Shown here: piece after piece, positions 33,835 through 48,012 of the stretch
How positions within the stretch are numbered: position 1 is the first letter of the stretch
How the letters are laid out: every line of letters starts with the position of its first letter
NCBI GenBank assembly: GCA_002269645.1
Contig: NIVC01001377.1
Location: 1-64,000 of the forward strand
Length of the DNA stretch: 64,000 nt
Origin: Macrostomum lignano
Taxonomy: Eukaryota
Direction: 5' to 3'
Made by a program: the position numbers and the translations under genes
Notes under the pieces: model-generated
Databases searched by the model: none
What the model was told of the DNA's origin: nothing
What the model saw: the letters and a program-made list of their open reading frames with translations, nothing else

Positions 33835-34770
33835 TCATGTGTGTCTCTTATAGAGGCTCAGGTGTGTCTCTTATAGAGGCTCAGGTGTGTCTCTTATAGA
33901 GGCTCAGGTGTGTCTCTTATAGAGGCTCAGGTGTGTCTCTTATAGAGGTTCAGGTGTATCTCTTATAGAGGCTCAGGTGTGTCTCTTATAGAGGCTCAGG
34001 TGTGTCTCTTATAGAGGCTCAGGTGTGTCTCTTATAGAGGCTCAGGTGTGTCTCTTATAGAGGCTCAGGTGTGTCTCTTATAGATGCCTGGTGTGTCTCT
34101 TATAGAGGCTCAGGTGTTTCTCTTATAGAGGCTCAGGTGTGTCTCTTAGAGGCTCGGGTGTGTCTCTTAGAGGCTCAGGTGTGTCTCTTAAAGAGGCTCG
34201 GGTGTGTCTCTTATAGAGGTTCAGGTGTGTCTCTTATAGAGGCTCAGGTGTCTCTTATAGAGGCTCAGGTGTGTCTCTTATAGAGGCTCAGGTGTGTCTC
34301 TTATAGAGGTTCAGGTGTGTCTCTTATAGAGGCTCAGGTGTGTCTCTTATAGAGGCTCAGGTGTGTCTCTTATAGAGGTTCAGGTGTGTCTCTTATAGAG
34401 GCTCAGGTGTGTCTCTTATAGAGGTTCAGGTGTGTCTCTTATAGAGGCTCAGGTGTGTCTGTTATAGAGGCTCAGGTGTGTCTTTTATAGAGGCTCAGGT
34501 GTGTCTCTTATAGAGGCTCAGGTGTTTCTCTTATAGAGGTTCAGGTGTGTCTCTTATAGAGGTTCGGGTGTGTCTCTTATAGAGGCTCAGGTGTGTCTCT
34601 TATAGAGGCTCAGGTGTGTCTCTTATAGAGGTTCGGGTGTGTCTCTTATAGAGGCTCAGGTGTCTTATATAGGCTCAAGTGTATCTCTTATAGAGGCTCA
34701 GGTGTGTCTCTTATAGAGGCTCAGTTGTGTCTCTCATAGACCCGGGTGTCTCTTATGGAGGTTCGGGTGT
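33835..34770. repeat. 23-bp minisatellite (GTGTCTCTTATAGAGGCTCAGGT)
   Basis: Repeated unit visible directly. Confidence 0.95.
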
Positions 34771-35094
34771 CAGGTCAAGATCCTTTACTATCGCAGATTT
34801 TGTCAACTTGAAAATTTCCTGACTAGTTTTATTACCAGCAATGTGCGAGTTGGAATTTTTGCTTTAAACAATAATTATTTTAATCTTCATTCTTCGTTTT
34901 CCATCATTAGCACCGTCAGACCGCTTGACTTACTCACATGCGCAAATATATTTATGTGTAAAATACCTATTTACCTGATCAGGTTTTCAGGATAAAATTC
35001 CTGACTATCCCATGTACTTGGGATAAATTAAAATTTGACATTTGTTTGAGAAATGTATTACTTTATGTTTCTTCTAAAAAATTACTCAGTTATC

Positions 35095-37830
35095 TCTCTC
35101 ATCTCATCTCGCCCGGTTTCTCGTGCGTTATCATCTCATCTGACCTGGTTTCTCGCGTGTTCTCATCTCATCTCACTTGGTTTCTCGTGTATTCTTATCT
35201 CATCTCACCCGGTTTCTTGCGCGTTCTCATATCATCTCACCTGGTTTCTTGCGTGTTCTCATCTCTTCTCACCCGGTTTCTCGCGTGTTCTCATCTCATT
35301 TCACCCGGTTTCTCGTGTGTTCTCATCTCATCTCACCCGGATTCTCGTGTGTTCTCATCTCATCTCACCCGGTTTCTCGTGTGTTCTCATCTCATCTCGC
35401 CTGGTTTCTCGCGTGTTCTCATCTCATCTCGCCTGGTTTCTCGTGTGTTCTCATCTCATCTCACCTGGTTTCACGTGTGTTCTCATCTCATCTCACCCGG
35501 TTTCTCGTGTGTTCTCATCTCATCTCACCCGGTTTCTCGTGCGTTCTCATCTCTTCTCTCCCGGATTCTCGTGTGTTCTCATCTCATCTCACCCGGTTTC
35601 TCGTGTGTTCTCATCTCATCTCACCCGGTTTCTCGTGCGTTCTCATCTCATCTTACTCGGATTCTCGTGTGTTCTCATCTCATCTCACCTGGTTTCTCGC
35701 GTGTTCTCATCTCATCTCACCCGGTTTCTCGTGTGTTCTCATCTCATCTCACCCGGTTTCCCGTGTGTTCTCATCTCATCTCACCCGGTTTCTCGCGTGT
35801 TCTCATCTCATCTCACCCGGTTTCTCGTGTGTTCTCATCTCATCTCACCCGGTTTCTCGTGTGTTCTCATCTCATCTCACCTGGTTTCTCGTGTGTTCTC
35901 ATCTCATCTCACCTGGTTTCTCGCGTGTTCTCATCTCATCTCACCCGGTTTCCCGTGTGTTCTCATCTCATCTCACCCGGTTTCTCGCGTGTTCTCATCT
36001 CATCTCACCCGGTTTCTCGTGTGTTCTCATCTCATCTCACCCGGTTTCTCGTGTGTTCTCATCTCATCTCACCCGGTTTCTCGTGTGTTCTCATCTCATC
36101 TCACCCGGTTTCTCGCGTGTTCTCATCTCATCTCACCCGGTTTCTCGTGTGTTCTCATCTCATCTCACCCGGTTTCTCGTGTGTTCTCATCTCATCTCAC
36201 CTGGTTTCTCGCGTGTTCTCATCTCTTCTCACCCGGTTTCTCGCGTGTTCTCATCTCATCTCACCTGGTTTCACGTGTGTTCTCATCTCATCTCACCCGG
36301 TTTCTCGTGTGTTCTCATCTCATCTCACCCGGTTTCTCGTGTGTTCTCATCTCATCTCGCCTGGTTTCTCGCGTGTTCTCATCTCATCTCGCCTGGTTTC
36401 TCGCGTGTTCTCATCTCATCTCACCTGGTTTCACGTGTGTTCTCATCTCATCTCACCCGGTTTCTCGTGTGTTCTCATCTCATCTCACCCGGTTTCTCGT
36501 GCGTTCTCATCTCTTCTCTCCCGGATTCTCGTGTGTTCTCATCTCATCTCACCCGGTTTCTCGTGTGTTCTCATCTCATCTCACCCGGTTTCTCGTGCGT
36601 TCTCATCTCATCTTACTCGGATTCTCGTGTGTTCTCATCTCATCTCACCTGGTTTCTCGCGTGTTCTCATCTCATCTCACCCGGTTTCTCGTGTGTTCTC
36701 ATCTCATCTCACCCGGTTTCCCGTGTGTTCTCATCTCATCTCACCCGGTTTCTCGCGTGTTCTCATCTCATCTTACCCGGTTTCTCGTGTGTTCTCATCT
36801 CATCTCACCCGGTTTCTCGTGTGTTCTCATCTCATCTCACCTGGTTTCTCGTGTGTTCTCATCTCATCTCACCTGGTTTCTCGCGTGTTCTCATCTCATC
36901 TCACCCGGTTTCCCGTGTGTTCTCATCTCATCTCACCCGGTTTCTCGCGTGTTCTCATCTCATCTCACCCGGTTTCTCGTGTGTTCTCATCTCATCTCAC
37001 CCGGTTTCTCGTGTGTTCTCATCTCATCTCACCCGGTTTCTCGTGTGTTCTCATCTCATCTCACCCGGTTTCTCGCGTGTTCTCATCTCATCTCACCCGG
37101 TTTCTCGTGTGTTCTCATCTCATCTCACCCGGTTTCTCGTGTGTTCTCATCTCATCTCACCTGGTTTCTCGCGTGTTCTCATCTCTTCTCACCCGGTTTC
37201 TCGCGTGTTCTCATCTCATCTCACCTGGTTTCACGTGTGTTCTCATCTCATCTCACCCGGTTTCTCGTGTGTTCTCATCTCATCTCACCCGGTTTCTCGT
37301 GCGTTCTCATCTCTTCTCTCCCGAATTCTCGTGTGTTCTCATCTCATCTCACCCGGTTTCTCGTGTGTTCTCATCTCATCTCACCCGGTTTCTCGTGCGT
37401 TCTCATCTCATCTTACTCGGATTCTCGTGTGTTCTCATCTCATCTCACCTGGTTTCTCGCGTTTTCTCATCTCATCTCACCCGGTTTCTCGTGTGTTCTC
37501 ATCTCATCTCACCCGGTTTCTCGCGTGTTCTCATCTCATCTTACCCGGTTTCTCGTGTGTTCTCATCTCATCTCACCCGGTTTCTCGTGTGTTCTCATCT
37601 CATCTCACCCGGTTTCTCGCGTGTTCTCATCTCATCTCACCTGGTTTCTCGCGTGTTCTCATCTCTTCTCACCCGGTTTCTCGTGTGTTCTCATCTCATC
37701 TCACCTGGTTTCTCGCGTGTTCTCATCTCTTCTCACCCGGTTTCTCGCGTGTTCTCATCTCATCTCACCTGGTTTCTCGCGTGTTCTCATCTCTTCTCAC
37801 CCGGTTTCTCGTGTGTTCTCATCTCATCTC
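35095..37830. repeat. 32-bp satellite (TCTCATCTCATCTCACCCGGTTTCTCGTGTGT), about 85 copies, copy 1
   Basis: Period 32; 960-bp higher-order register. Confidence 0.95.
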
Positions 37831-38374
37831 AATTTTTTATCGGGTTTTCACGGCTTATGTCCCGTCTCATTACCTTTATTGGCATGTTGCCAATCACCGA
37901 TCATCAACGTTTGCTTTCGGCTCGCAGTTTTATATTCTTAGAAAACAACTCGCAAAGTAATGAAGTGTAGTCTAGTTGTTAATATTTCCATAACATTACT
38001 TGAGAACTTAGGCTCGTGTATTTCATATGGTTTCAGATTTAAAAAATAACAGTCTAAAAGGTTATTACTGTACCCTTGTCACGGAAAGCAGTAACCAGGC
38101 AGCTTAATTTCTGGGTGATTGTAAGGTCCTTGTCTGCACTTATTCCTGCAGCACTGAGAGTCAGTGAAGCATTCCATGTACGATGGACGGCAGTTTAGAG
38201 TTGTGGTGGTGGCAGTTAGTATGCCTGCGGTTCAAGGTAATACAACTGATTTGCAGAATCAACTTGGGACTGGGGTGTTTGAGTCGTGATTTAGGCTCGT
38301 GATTACATTGGGTAAAATAGTTCCGAATTTAGTGAGCCTTTCGCCGCGTTCGTGTGCCTGCAAGTACTACTAAA

Positions 38375-40005
38375 TGTGTCTAAGAGACAGGGGTAGGGGT
38401 GTCGGTCTAGGAGGCAGGGGTAGAGGCGTCGGTCTAGGAGGCAGGGGTAGGGGCGTCGGTCTAGGAGACCGGGGTAGGGGCGTCGGTCTAGGAGACAGGG
38501 GTAGGGGTGTCGGTCTAGGAGGAAGGGGTAGCCGGTAGGGGCGTCGATCTAGGAGACAGGGGTAGGGGCGTCGGTCTAGGAGAGGGTAGGGGCGTCGGTC
38601 TAGGAGACGAGTAGGGGCGTCGGTCTAGAAGACAGGGGTAGGGGCGTCGGTCTAGGAGACAGGGGTAGGGGTGTCGGTCTAGGAGACCGGGGTAGGGCGT
38701 CGGTCTAGGAGAGGGTAGGGGCGTCGGTCTAGGAGACCGGGGTAGGGCGTCGGTCTAGGAGAGGGTAGGGGCGTCGGTCTAGGAGGCAGGGGTAGGGGCG
38801 TCGGTCTAGGAGGCAGGGGTAGGGGCGTCGGTCTAGGAGACCGGGGTAGGGGCGTCGGTCTAGGAGATAGGGGTAGGGCGTCGGTCTAGGAGAGGGTAGG
38901 GGCGTCGGTCTAGGAGACGAGTAGGGGCGTCGGTCTAGAAGACAGGGGTAGGGGCGTCGGTCTAGAAGACAGGGGTAGGGGTGTCGGTCTAGGAGACCGG
39001 GGTAGGGCGTCGGTCTAGGAGAGGGTAGGGGCGTCGGTCTAGGAGGCAGGGGTAGGGGCGTCGGTCTAGGAGGCAGGGGTAGGGGCGTCGGTCTAGGAGA
39101 CCGGGGTAGGGGCGTCGGTCTAGGAGACAGGGGTAGGGCTGTCGGTCTAGGAGACAGGGGTAGGGGCGTCGGTCTAGGAGACCGGGGTAGGGGCGTCGGT
39201 CTAGGAGAGGGTAGGGGCGTCGGTCTAGGAGACGAGTAGGGGCGTCGGTCTAGAAGACAGGGGTAGGGGCGTCGGTCTAGGAGACAGGGGTAGGGGTGTC
39301 GGTCTAGGAGACCGGGGTAGGGCGTCGGTCTAGGAGAGGGTAGGGGCGTCGGTCTAGGAGGCAGGGGTAGGGGCGTCGGTCTAGGAGGCAGGGGTAGGGG
39401 CGTCGGTCTAGGAGACCGGGGTAGGGGCGTCGGTCTAGGAGACAGGGGTAGGGCTGTCGGTCTAGGAGACAAAGGTAGGGGCGTCGGTCTAGGAGACCAG
39501 GGTAGGGGCGTCGGTCTAGGAGAGGGTAGGGGCGTCGGTCTAGGAGACCGGGGTAGGGGCGTCGGTCTAGGAGACAGGGGTAGGGGCGTCGTTCTAAGAG
39601 ACAGGGGTAGGGGCGTCGGTCTAGGAGACGAGTAGGGGCGTCGGTCTAGAAGACAGGGGTAGGGGCGTCGGTCTAGGAGACAGGGGTAGGGGTGTCGGTC
39701 TAGGAGACCGGGGTAGGGCGTCGGTTTAGGAGAGGGTAGGGGCGTCGGTCTAGGAGGCAGGGGTAGGGGCGTCGGTCTAGGAGGCAGGGGTAGGGGCGTC
39801 GGTCTAGGAGACCGGGGTAGGGGCGTCGGTCTAGGAGACAGGGGTAGGGCTGTCGGTCTAGGAGACAGGGGTAGGGGCGTCGGTCTAGGAGACCGGGGTA
39901 GGGGCGTCGGTCTAGGAGACCGGGGTAGGGGCGTCGGTCTAGGAGACCGGGTAGGGGCGTCGGTCTAGGAGACAGGGGTAGGGGCGTCGTTCTAAGAGAC
40001 AGGGC
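38375..40005. repeat. G-rich 24-27-bp minisatellite (GGGGTAGGGGCGTCGGTCTAGGAGAC), copy 1
   Basis: Repeated unit visible directly. Confidence 0.95.
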
Positions 40006-40486
40006 GCAACCCACCAACAAAAGACAGGGACGTCTAGAGCAGAACGTTCAGAGATATTTAAGAACGGAGCTTTTCTTTCTGTCCCGTAATTACTTAGCCA
40101 TGAGTAGGCGAGAGCGTTAAATATAGCTGAATGTTTGAATATGACTTACATGTACTAACAATAAGCAGGAGTACGGTCCATGAGCGTGCAATCGGTTTTG
40201 GCTGGCTGGTCATGTTTATAACTTGTTTATAACTAGGTATATTATTATTAATGCATTTAATTAAATGTCTTTTATTTCGTGGTAACAGTCTTGAAAAAGC
40301 TGCTTGTCGTCTTATTCGAAAGCGCTGAATTAAAAGCATTTGTCTATGGAAAAGTTTTGCTAATTTTATTTACCATAGAAAAGAAAGGACTGGAAACTCG
40401 GCTTTAGTGAGTAAGAATAAGTCTGGGGCTGGCTGATTTCAATTTAAGACGGACACGTATATTTATCAGTGTTTCTTACTAAACAG

Positions 40487-41378
40487 TACGAGGGGTGTCC
40501 GAAAAATAGTGTTTACTTTTACTTGTTGCGCACTTTTGGTCAGCTGCATATTGACATAAATTTGGTGTCGTTTGAAAGTGGCAAGTCTCTTCTTTAAAAT
40601 GACTTAGACCGCGATTGATTTGGATTAGTATTCAAAGAGATATGTGCACTTGAGTAGAGGGAGATCGTTCATAGACTTTCAGAAGATCAAACACGAGCGT
40701 ACCTGCTAAAATTAGCATTCTGCTCAATGGCAATCCATATTTTTGCATACATGAGTTGTTTTATGGTCAAATGTCTCTCAGTGAAAATCTTTCTCAAAAG
40801 AATACGGCTGAACCAGTTGTGTCAAAAAATCTTCACTGTTGATCAATTTTGATCCATCAATCGTAAAATGGACGTGCAAAGACTGGGAAGCGACATTCCA
40901 TCTTTACGCTTTGGAGGGTGAACGAGTTCAAAGGTGGAAGAACTGACGTGAGCGACATGCCAGGGTCAGGACGCCATGAGATCTGTGACAGCAGTAGCCT
41001 AATGGATCGCATTCTCGACTTGATCAATAAAGACTGCCACCAAAGCATCCGCGAAATAGCCGATAGACCAGATTGCTCGAAGTCCACAGTTTACATCAGT
41101 CCACAGTCTGTAGAAGATGAGTCATGTCAAGCTGAGTTCCCATTGCGTTCCCTGATGGCTCATTGAGGACATGAAGCTGGATCGTCTGTACATAAGACTT
41201 GTGTCTAGGTTCTTTAAGTCTATGACCGATCTCCTTCTACTTAAGTGCGCATATCTCTTAAAATATAAATCCAAATGGATCGCAGTTTAAGTTATTTTAA
41301 AAAACAGACTTGCCGCTTTCAAACGACACCAAACTTGTGTTTGCTACAAGTAAAAGTAACACTACTTTCCGGACATCC
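40487..41378 (+). mobile_element. Internally deleted mariner (Tc1/mariner) relic, copy 1
   Basis: TA-CGAGGGGTGTCC left end. About 150-190-bp imperfect TIRs (…TTACTTTTACTTGT / ACAAGTAAAAGTAA…; TTTGGTGTCGTTTGAAAG / CTTTCAAACGACACCAAA). Residual HTH FKGGRTDVSDMPGSGR...SIREIA. Confidence 0.85.
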
Positions 41379-42624
41379 GGAAAATCCAAGAATTTGTCAA
41401 TAAATCTAACGACGGACGCATTAACGAACAAGGAAACAAAAGAACGAGATTGAACCCAAAAAACCAGAGAACAAGAGTACATAAGAACGTTTCTGCAACT
41501 TATATAGTGCATCCGGCACTGCATTCAGAAGCCGATTGAGGTCTTCTATCTTGAGTTGCAGTCTCACTTTTGATAACCAATCTGCATCTAGAATTACTTC
41601 AGTTTCGATCCGCGCTACCAATGTAGTAGACATGTACAGGAACTTTTTATCATCATTCTAATCACCCTGTACATCTTCCCATCCCCAAGCAGTGCAGTGA
41701 TGGAGTATTTTTCTCAGTCTGTTGCTATGAAGAAAGTTCTTGGGATGACGTTTTTTATACGTTCTCACGCTTTATTTGCTCATTAAAAAAGACTTGAGAT
41801 TCTTTTCTATATACCTGCTAGATTCAGAAGTAACGAAGCGAGGCAATAAAATCTGCCACTGCTGTTTTGCTTCGCCTTTCTTTTCCGGCACCAAACATGC
41901 CAGTTTAATTGTAGTTAAGCTCCTTTTCTTGCCTCTCAAAATCAAGTCGCGGCGACGAAGTCTGTCTTCTCCAGAGCCTAGCTTGGTTCGCTGGAACCAG
42001 TATTTCTAAGAAACAACTTAATTGCCTTATTCTCAACTCAAAGTAAAAAACACACATATTTTCACCAAAAAAATTTGAAAACTTCCTTTCACAAAACTGT
42101 TTTTTTCCAGTGTAAGCTCAGGTGTGTCTCTTATAGAGGCTCAGGTGTGTCTCTTATAGAGGTTCGGGTGTGTCTCTTATAGAGGCTCAGGTGTCTTATA
42201 TAGGCTCAAGTGTTTCTCTTATAGAGGCTCAGGTGTGTCTCTTATAGAGGCTCAGTTGTGTCTCTCATAGACCCGGGTGTCTCTTATGGAGGTTCGGGTG
42301 TCAGGTCAAGATCCTTTACTATCGCAGATTTTGTCAACTTGAAAATTTCCTGACTAGTTTTATTACCAGCAATGTGCGAGTTGGAATTTTTGCTTTAAAC
42401 AATAATTATTTTAATCTTCATTCTTCGTTTTCCATCATTAGCACCGTCAGACCGCTTGACTTACTCACATGCGCAAATATATTTATGTGTAAAATACCTA
42501 TTTACCTGATCAGGTTTTCAGGATAAAATTCCTGACTATCCATGTACTTGGGATAAATTAAAATTTGACATTTGTTTGAGAAATGTATTACTTTATGTTT
42601 CTTCTAAAAAATTACTCAGTTATC

Positions 42625-45360
42625 TCTCTCATCTCATCTCGCCCGGTTTCTCGTGCGTTATCATCTCATCTGACCTGGTTTCTCGCGTGTTCTCATCTCA
42701 TCTCACTTGGTTTCTCGTGTATTCTTATCTCATCTCACCCGGTTTCTTGCGCGTTCTCATATCATCTCACCTGGTTTCTTGCGTGTTCTCATCTCTTCTC
42801 ACCCGGTTTCTCGCGTGTTCTCATCTCATTTCACCCGGTTTCTCGTGTGTTCTCATCTCATCTCACCCGGATTCTCGTGTGTTCTCATCTCATCTCACCC
42901 GGTTTCTCGTGTGTTCTCATCTCATCTCGCCTGGTTTCTCGCGTGTTCTCATCTCATCTCGCCTGGTTTCTCGTGTGTTCTCATCTCATCTCACCTGGTT
43001 TCACGTGTGTTCTCATCTCATCTCACCCGGTTTCTCGTGTGTTCTCATCTCATCTCACCCGGTTTCTCGTGCGTTCTCATCTCTTCTCTCCCGGATTCTC
43101 GTGTGTTCTCATCTCATCTCACCCGGTTTCTCGTGTGTTCTCATCTCATCTCACCCGGTTTCTCGTGCGTTCTCATCTCATCTTACTCGGATTCTCGTGT
43201 GTTCTCATCTCATCTCACCTGGTTTCTCGCGTGTTCTCATCTCATCTCACCCGGTTTCTCGTGTGTTCTCATCTCATCTCACCCGGTTTCCCGTGTGTTC
43301 TCATCTCATCTCACCCGGTTTCTCGCGTGTTCTCATCTCATCTCACCCGGTTTCTCGTGTGTTCTCATCTCATCTCACCCGGTTTCTCGTGTGTTCTCAT
43401 CTCATCTCACCTGGTTTCTCGTGTGTTCTCATCTCATCTCACCTGGTTTCTCGCGTGTTCTCATCTCATCTCACCCGGTTTCCCGTGTGTTCTCATCTCA
43501 TCTCACCCGGTTTCTCGCGTGTTCTCATCTCATCTCACCCGGTTTCTCGTGTGTTCTCATCTCATCTCACCCAGTTTCTCGTGTGTTCTCATCTCATCTC
43601 ACCCGGTTTCTCGTGTGTTCTCATCTCATCTCACCCGGTTTCTCGCGTGTTCTCATCTCATCTCACCCGGTTTCTCGTGTGTTCTCATCTCATCTCACCC
43701 GGTTTCTCGTGTGTTCTCATCTCATCTCACCTGGTTTCTCGCGTGTTCTCATCTCTTCTCACCCGGTTTCTCGCGTGTTCTCATCTCATCTCACCTGGTT
43801 TCACGTGTGTTCTCATCTCATCTCACCCGGTTTCTCGTGTGTTCTCATCTCATCTCACCCGGTTTCTCGTGTGTTCTCATCTCATCTCGCCTGGTTTCTC
43901 GCGTGTTCTCATCTCATCTCGCCTGGTTTCTCGCGTGTTCTCATCTCATCTCACCTGGTTTCACGTGTGTTCTCATCTCATCTCACCCGGTTTCTCGTGT
44001 GTTCTCATCTCATCTCACCCGGTTTCTCGTGCGTTCTCATCTCTTCTCTCCCGGATTCTCGTGTGTTCTCATCTCATCTCACCCGGTTTCTCGTGTGTTC
44101 TCATCTCATCTCACCCGGTTTCTCGTGCGTTCTCATCTCATCTTACTCGGATTCTCGTGTGTTCTCATCTCATCTCACCTGGTTTCTCGCGTGTTCTCAT
44201 CTCATCTCACCCGGTTTCTCGTGTGTTCTCATCTCATCTCACCCGGTTTCCCGTGTGTTCTCATCTCATCTCACCCGGTTTCTCGCGTGTTCTCATCTCA
44301 TCTTACCCGGTTTCTCGTGTGTTCTCATCTCATCTCACCCGGTTTCTCGTGTGTTCTCATCTCATCTCACCTGGTTTCTCGTGTGTTCTCATCTCATCTC
44401 ACCTGGTTTCTCGCGTGTTCTCATCTCATCTCACCCGGTTTCCCGTGTGTTCTCATCTCATCTCACCCGGTTTCTCGCGTGTTCTCATCTCATCTCACCC
44501 GGTTTCTCGTGTGTTCTCATCTCATCTCACCCGGTTTCTCGTGTGTTCTCATCTCATCTCACCCGGTTTCTCGTGTGTTCTCATCTCATCTCACCCGGTT
44601 TCTCGCGTGTTCTCATCTCATCTCACCCGGTTTCTCGTGTGTTCTCATCTCATCTCACCCGGTTTCTCGTGTGTTCTCATCTCATCTCACCTGGTTTCTC
44701 GCGTGTTCTCATCTCTTCTCACCCGGTTTCTCGCGTGTTCTCATCTCATCTCACCTGGTTTCACGTGTGTTCTCATCTCATCTCACCCGGTTTCTCGTGT
44801 GTTCTCATCTCATCTCACCCGGTTTCTCGTGCGTTCTCATCTCTTCTCTCCCGAATTCTCGTGTGTTCTCATCTCATCTCACCCGGTTTCTCGTGTGTTC
44901 TCATCTCATCTCACCCGGTTTCTCGTGCGTTCTCATCTCATCTTACTCGGATTCTCGTGTGTTCTCATCTCATCTCACCTGGTTTCTCGCGTTTTCTCAT
45001 CTCATCTCACCCGGTTTCTCGTGTGTTCTCATCTCATCTCACCCGGTTTCTCGCGTGTTCTCATCTCATCTTACCCGGTTTCTCGTGTGTTCTCATCTCA
45101 TCTCACCCGGTTTCTCGTGTGTTCTCATCTCATCTCACCCGGTTTCTCGCGTGTTCTCATCTCATCTCACCTGGTTTCTCGCGTGTTCTCATCTCTTCTC
45201 ACCCGGTTTCTCGTGTGTTCTCATCTCATCTCACCTGGTTTCTCGCGTGTTCTCATCTCTTCTCACCCGGTTTCTCGCGTGTTCTCATCTCATCTCACCT
45301 GGTTTCTCGCGTGTTCTCATCTCTTCTCACCCGGTTTCTCGTGTGTTCTCATCTCATCTC
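42625..45360. repeat. 32-bp satellite, copy 2 (in duplication)
   Basis: Nearly identical to 35095-37830. Confidence 0.95.
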
Positions 45361-45904
45361 AATTTTTTATCGGGTTTTCACGGCTTATGTCCCGTCTCAT
45401 TACCTTTATTGGCATGTTGCCAATCACCGATCATCAACGTTTGCTTTCGGCTCGCAGTTTTATATTCTTAGAAAACAACTCGCAAAGTAATGAAGTTTAG
45501 TCTAGTTGTTAATATTTCCATAACATTACTTGAGAACTTAGGCTCGTGTATTTCATATGGTTTCAGATTTAAAAAATAACAGTCTAAAAGGTTATTACTG
45601 TACCCTTGTCACGGAAAGCAGTAACCAGGCAGCTTAATTTCTGGGTGATTGTAAGGTCCTTGTCTGCACTTATTCCTGCAGCACTGAGAGTCAGTGAAGC
45701 ATTCCATGTACGATGGACGGCAGTTTAGAGTTGTGGTGGTGGCAGTTAGTATGCCTGCGGTTCAAGGTAATACAACTGATTTGCAGAATCAACTTGGGAC
45801 TGGGGTGTTTGAGTCGTGATTTAGGCTCGTGATTACATTGGGTAAAATAGTTCCGAATTTAGTGAGCCTTTCGCCGCGTTCGTGTGCCTGCAAGTACTAC
45901 TAAA

Positions 45905-47530
45905 TGTGTCTAAGAGACAGGGGTAGGGGTGTCGGTCTAGGAGGCAGGGGTAGAGGCGTCGGTCTAGGAGGCAGGGGTAGGGGCGTCGGTCTAGGAGACC
46001 GGGGTAGGGGCGTCGGTCTAGGAGACAGGGGTAGGGGTGTCGGTCTAGGAGGAAGGGGTAGCCGGTAGGGGCGTCGATCTAGGAGACAGGGGTAGGGGCG
46101 TCGGTCTAGGAGAGGGTAGGGGCGTCGGTCTAGGAGACGAGTAGGGGCGTCGGTCTAGAAGACAGGGGTAGGGGCGTCGGTCTAGGAGACAGGGGTAGGG
46201 GTGTCGGTCTAGGAGACCGGGGTAGGGCGTCGGTCTAGGAGAGGGTAGGGGCGTCGGTCTAGGAGACCGGGGTAGGGCGTCGGTCTAGGAGAGGGTAGGG
46301 GCGTCGGTCTAGGAGGCAGGGTAGGGGCGTCGGTCTAGGAGGCAGGGGTAGGGGCGTCGGTCTAGGAGACCGGGGTAGGGGCGTCGGTCTAGGAGATAGG
46401 GGTAGGGCGTCGGTCTAGGAGAGGGTAGGGGCGTCGGTCTAGGAGACGAGTAGGGGCGTCGGTCTAGAAGACAGGGGTAGGGGCGTCGGTCTAGAAGACA
46501 GGGGTAGGGGTGTCGGTCTAGGAGACCGGGGTAGGGCGTCGGTCTAGGAGAGGGTAGGGGCGTCGGTCTAGGAGGCAGGGGTAGGGGCGTCGGTCTAGGA
46601 GGCAGGGGTAGGGGCGTCGGTCTAGGAGACCGGGTAGGGGCGTCGGTCTAGGAGACAGGGGTAGGGCTGTCGGTCTAGGAGACAGGGGTAGGGGCGTCGG
46701 TCTAGGAGACCGGGGTAGGGGCGTCGGTCTAGGAGAGGGTAGGGGCGTCGGTCTAGGAGACGAGTAGGGGCGTCGGTCTAGAAGACAGGGGTAGGGGCGT
46801 CGGTCTAGGAGACAGGGGTAGGGGTGTCGGTCTAGGAGACCGGGGTAGGGCGTCGGTCTAGGAGAGGGTAGGGGCGTCGGTCTAGGAGGCAGGGGTAGGG
46901 GCGTCGGTCTAGGAGGCAGGGGTAGGGGCGTCGGTCTAGGAGACCGGGGTAGGGGCGTCGGTCTAGGAGACAGGGGTAGGGCTGTCGGTCTAGGAGACAA
47001 AGGTAGGGGCGTCGGTCTAGGAGACCAGGGTAGGGGCGTCGGTCTAGGAGAGGGTAGGGGCGTCGGTCTAGGAGACCGGGGTAGGGGCGTCGGTCTAGGA
47101 GACAGGGGTAGGGGCGTCGTTCTAAGAGACAGGGGTAGGGGCGTCGGTCTAGGAGACGAGTAGGGGCGTCGGTCTAGAAGACAGGGGTAGGGGCGTCGGT
47201 CTAGGAGACAGGGGTAGGGGTGTCGGTCTAGGAGACCGGGGTAGGGCGTCGGTTTAGGAGAGGGTAGGGGCGTCGGTCTAGGAGGCAGGGGTAGGGGCGT
47301 CGGTCTAGGAGGCAGGGGTAGGGGCGTCGGTCTAGGAGACCGGGGTAGGGGCGTCGGTCTAGGAGACAGGGGTAGGGCTGTCGGTCTAGGAGACAGGGGT
47401 AGGGGCGTCGGTCTAGGAGACCGGGGTAGGGGCGTCGGTCTAGGAGAGGGTAGGGGCGTCGGTCTAGGAGACCGGGGTAGGGGCGTCGGTCTAGGAGACA
47501 GGGGTAGGGGCGTCGTTCTAAGAGACAGGG
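45905..47530. repeat. G-rich minisatellite, copy 2 (in duplication)
   Basis: Nearly identical to 38375-40005. Confidence 0.95.
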
Positions 47531-48012
47531 CGCAACCCACCAACAAAAGACAGGGACGTCTAGAGCAGAACGTTCAGAGATATTTAAGAACGGAGCTTTT
47601 CTTTCTGTCCCGTAATTACTTAGCCATGAGTAGGCGAGAGCGTTAAATATAGCTGAATGTTTGAATATGACTTACATGTACTAACAATAAGCAGGAGTAC
47701 GGTCCATGAGCGTGCAATCGGTTTTGGCTGGCTGGTCATGTTTATAACTTGTTTATAACTAGGTATATTATTATTAATGCATTTAATTAAATGTCTTTTA
47801 TTTCGTGGTAACAGTCTTGAAAAAGCTGCTTGTCGTCTTATTCGAAAGCGCTGAATTAAAAGCATTTGTCTATGGAAAAGTTTTGCTAATTTTATTTACC
47901 ATAGAAAAGAAAGGACTGGAAACTCGGCTTTAGTGAGTAAGAATAAGTCTGGGGCTGGCTGATTTCAATTTAAGACGGACACGTATATTTATCAGTGTTT
48001 CTTACTAAACAG

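Noticed and set aside
35046-45500. Six ORFs of 927-974 aa (SSHLTRFLVCSHLISPG...)
   Set aside because: They are translations of a stop-free 32-bp satellite, open in all three frames; no coding signal.
38729-47546. Pro-rich extensin-like ORFs (SPRPTPLP)
   Set aside because: Antisense translation of the G-rich minisatellite.
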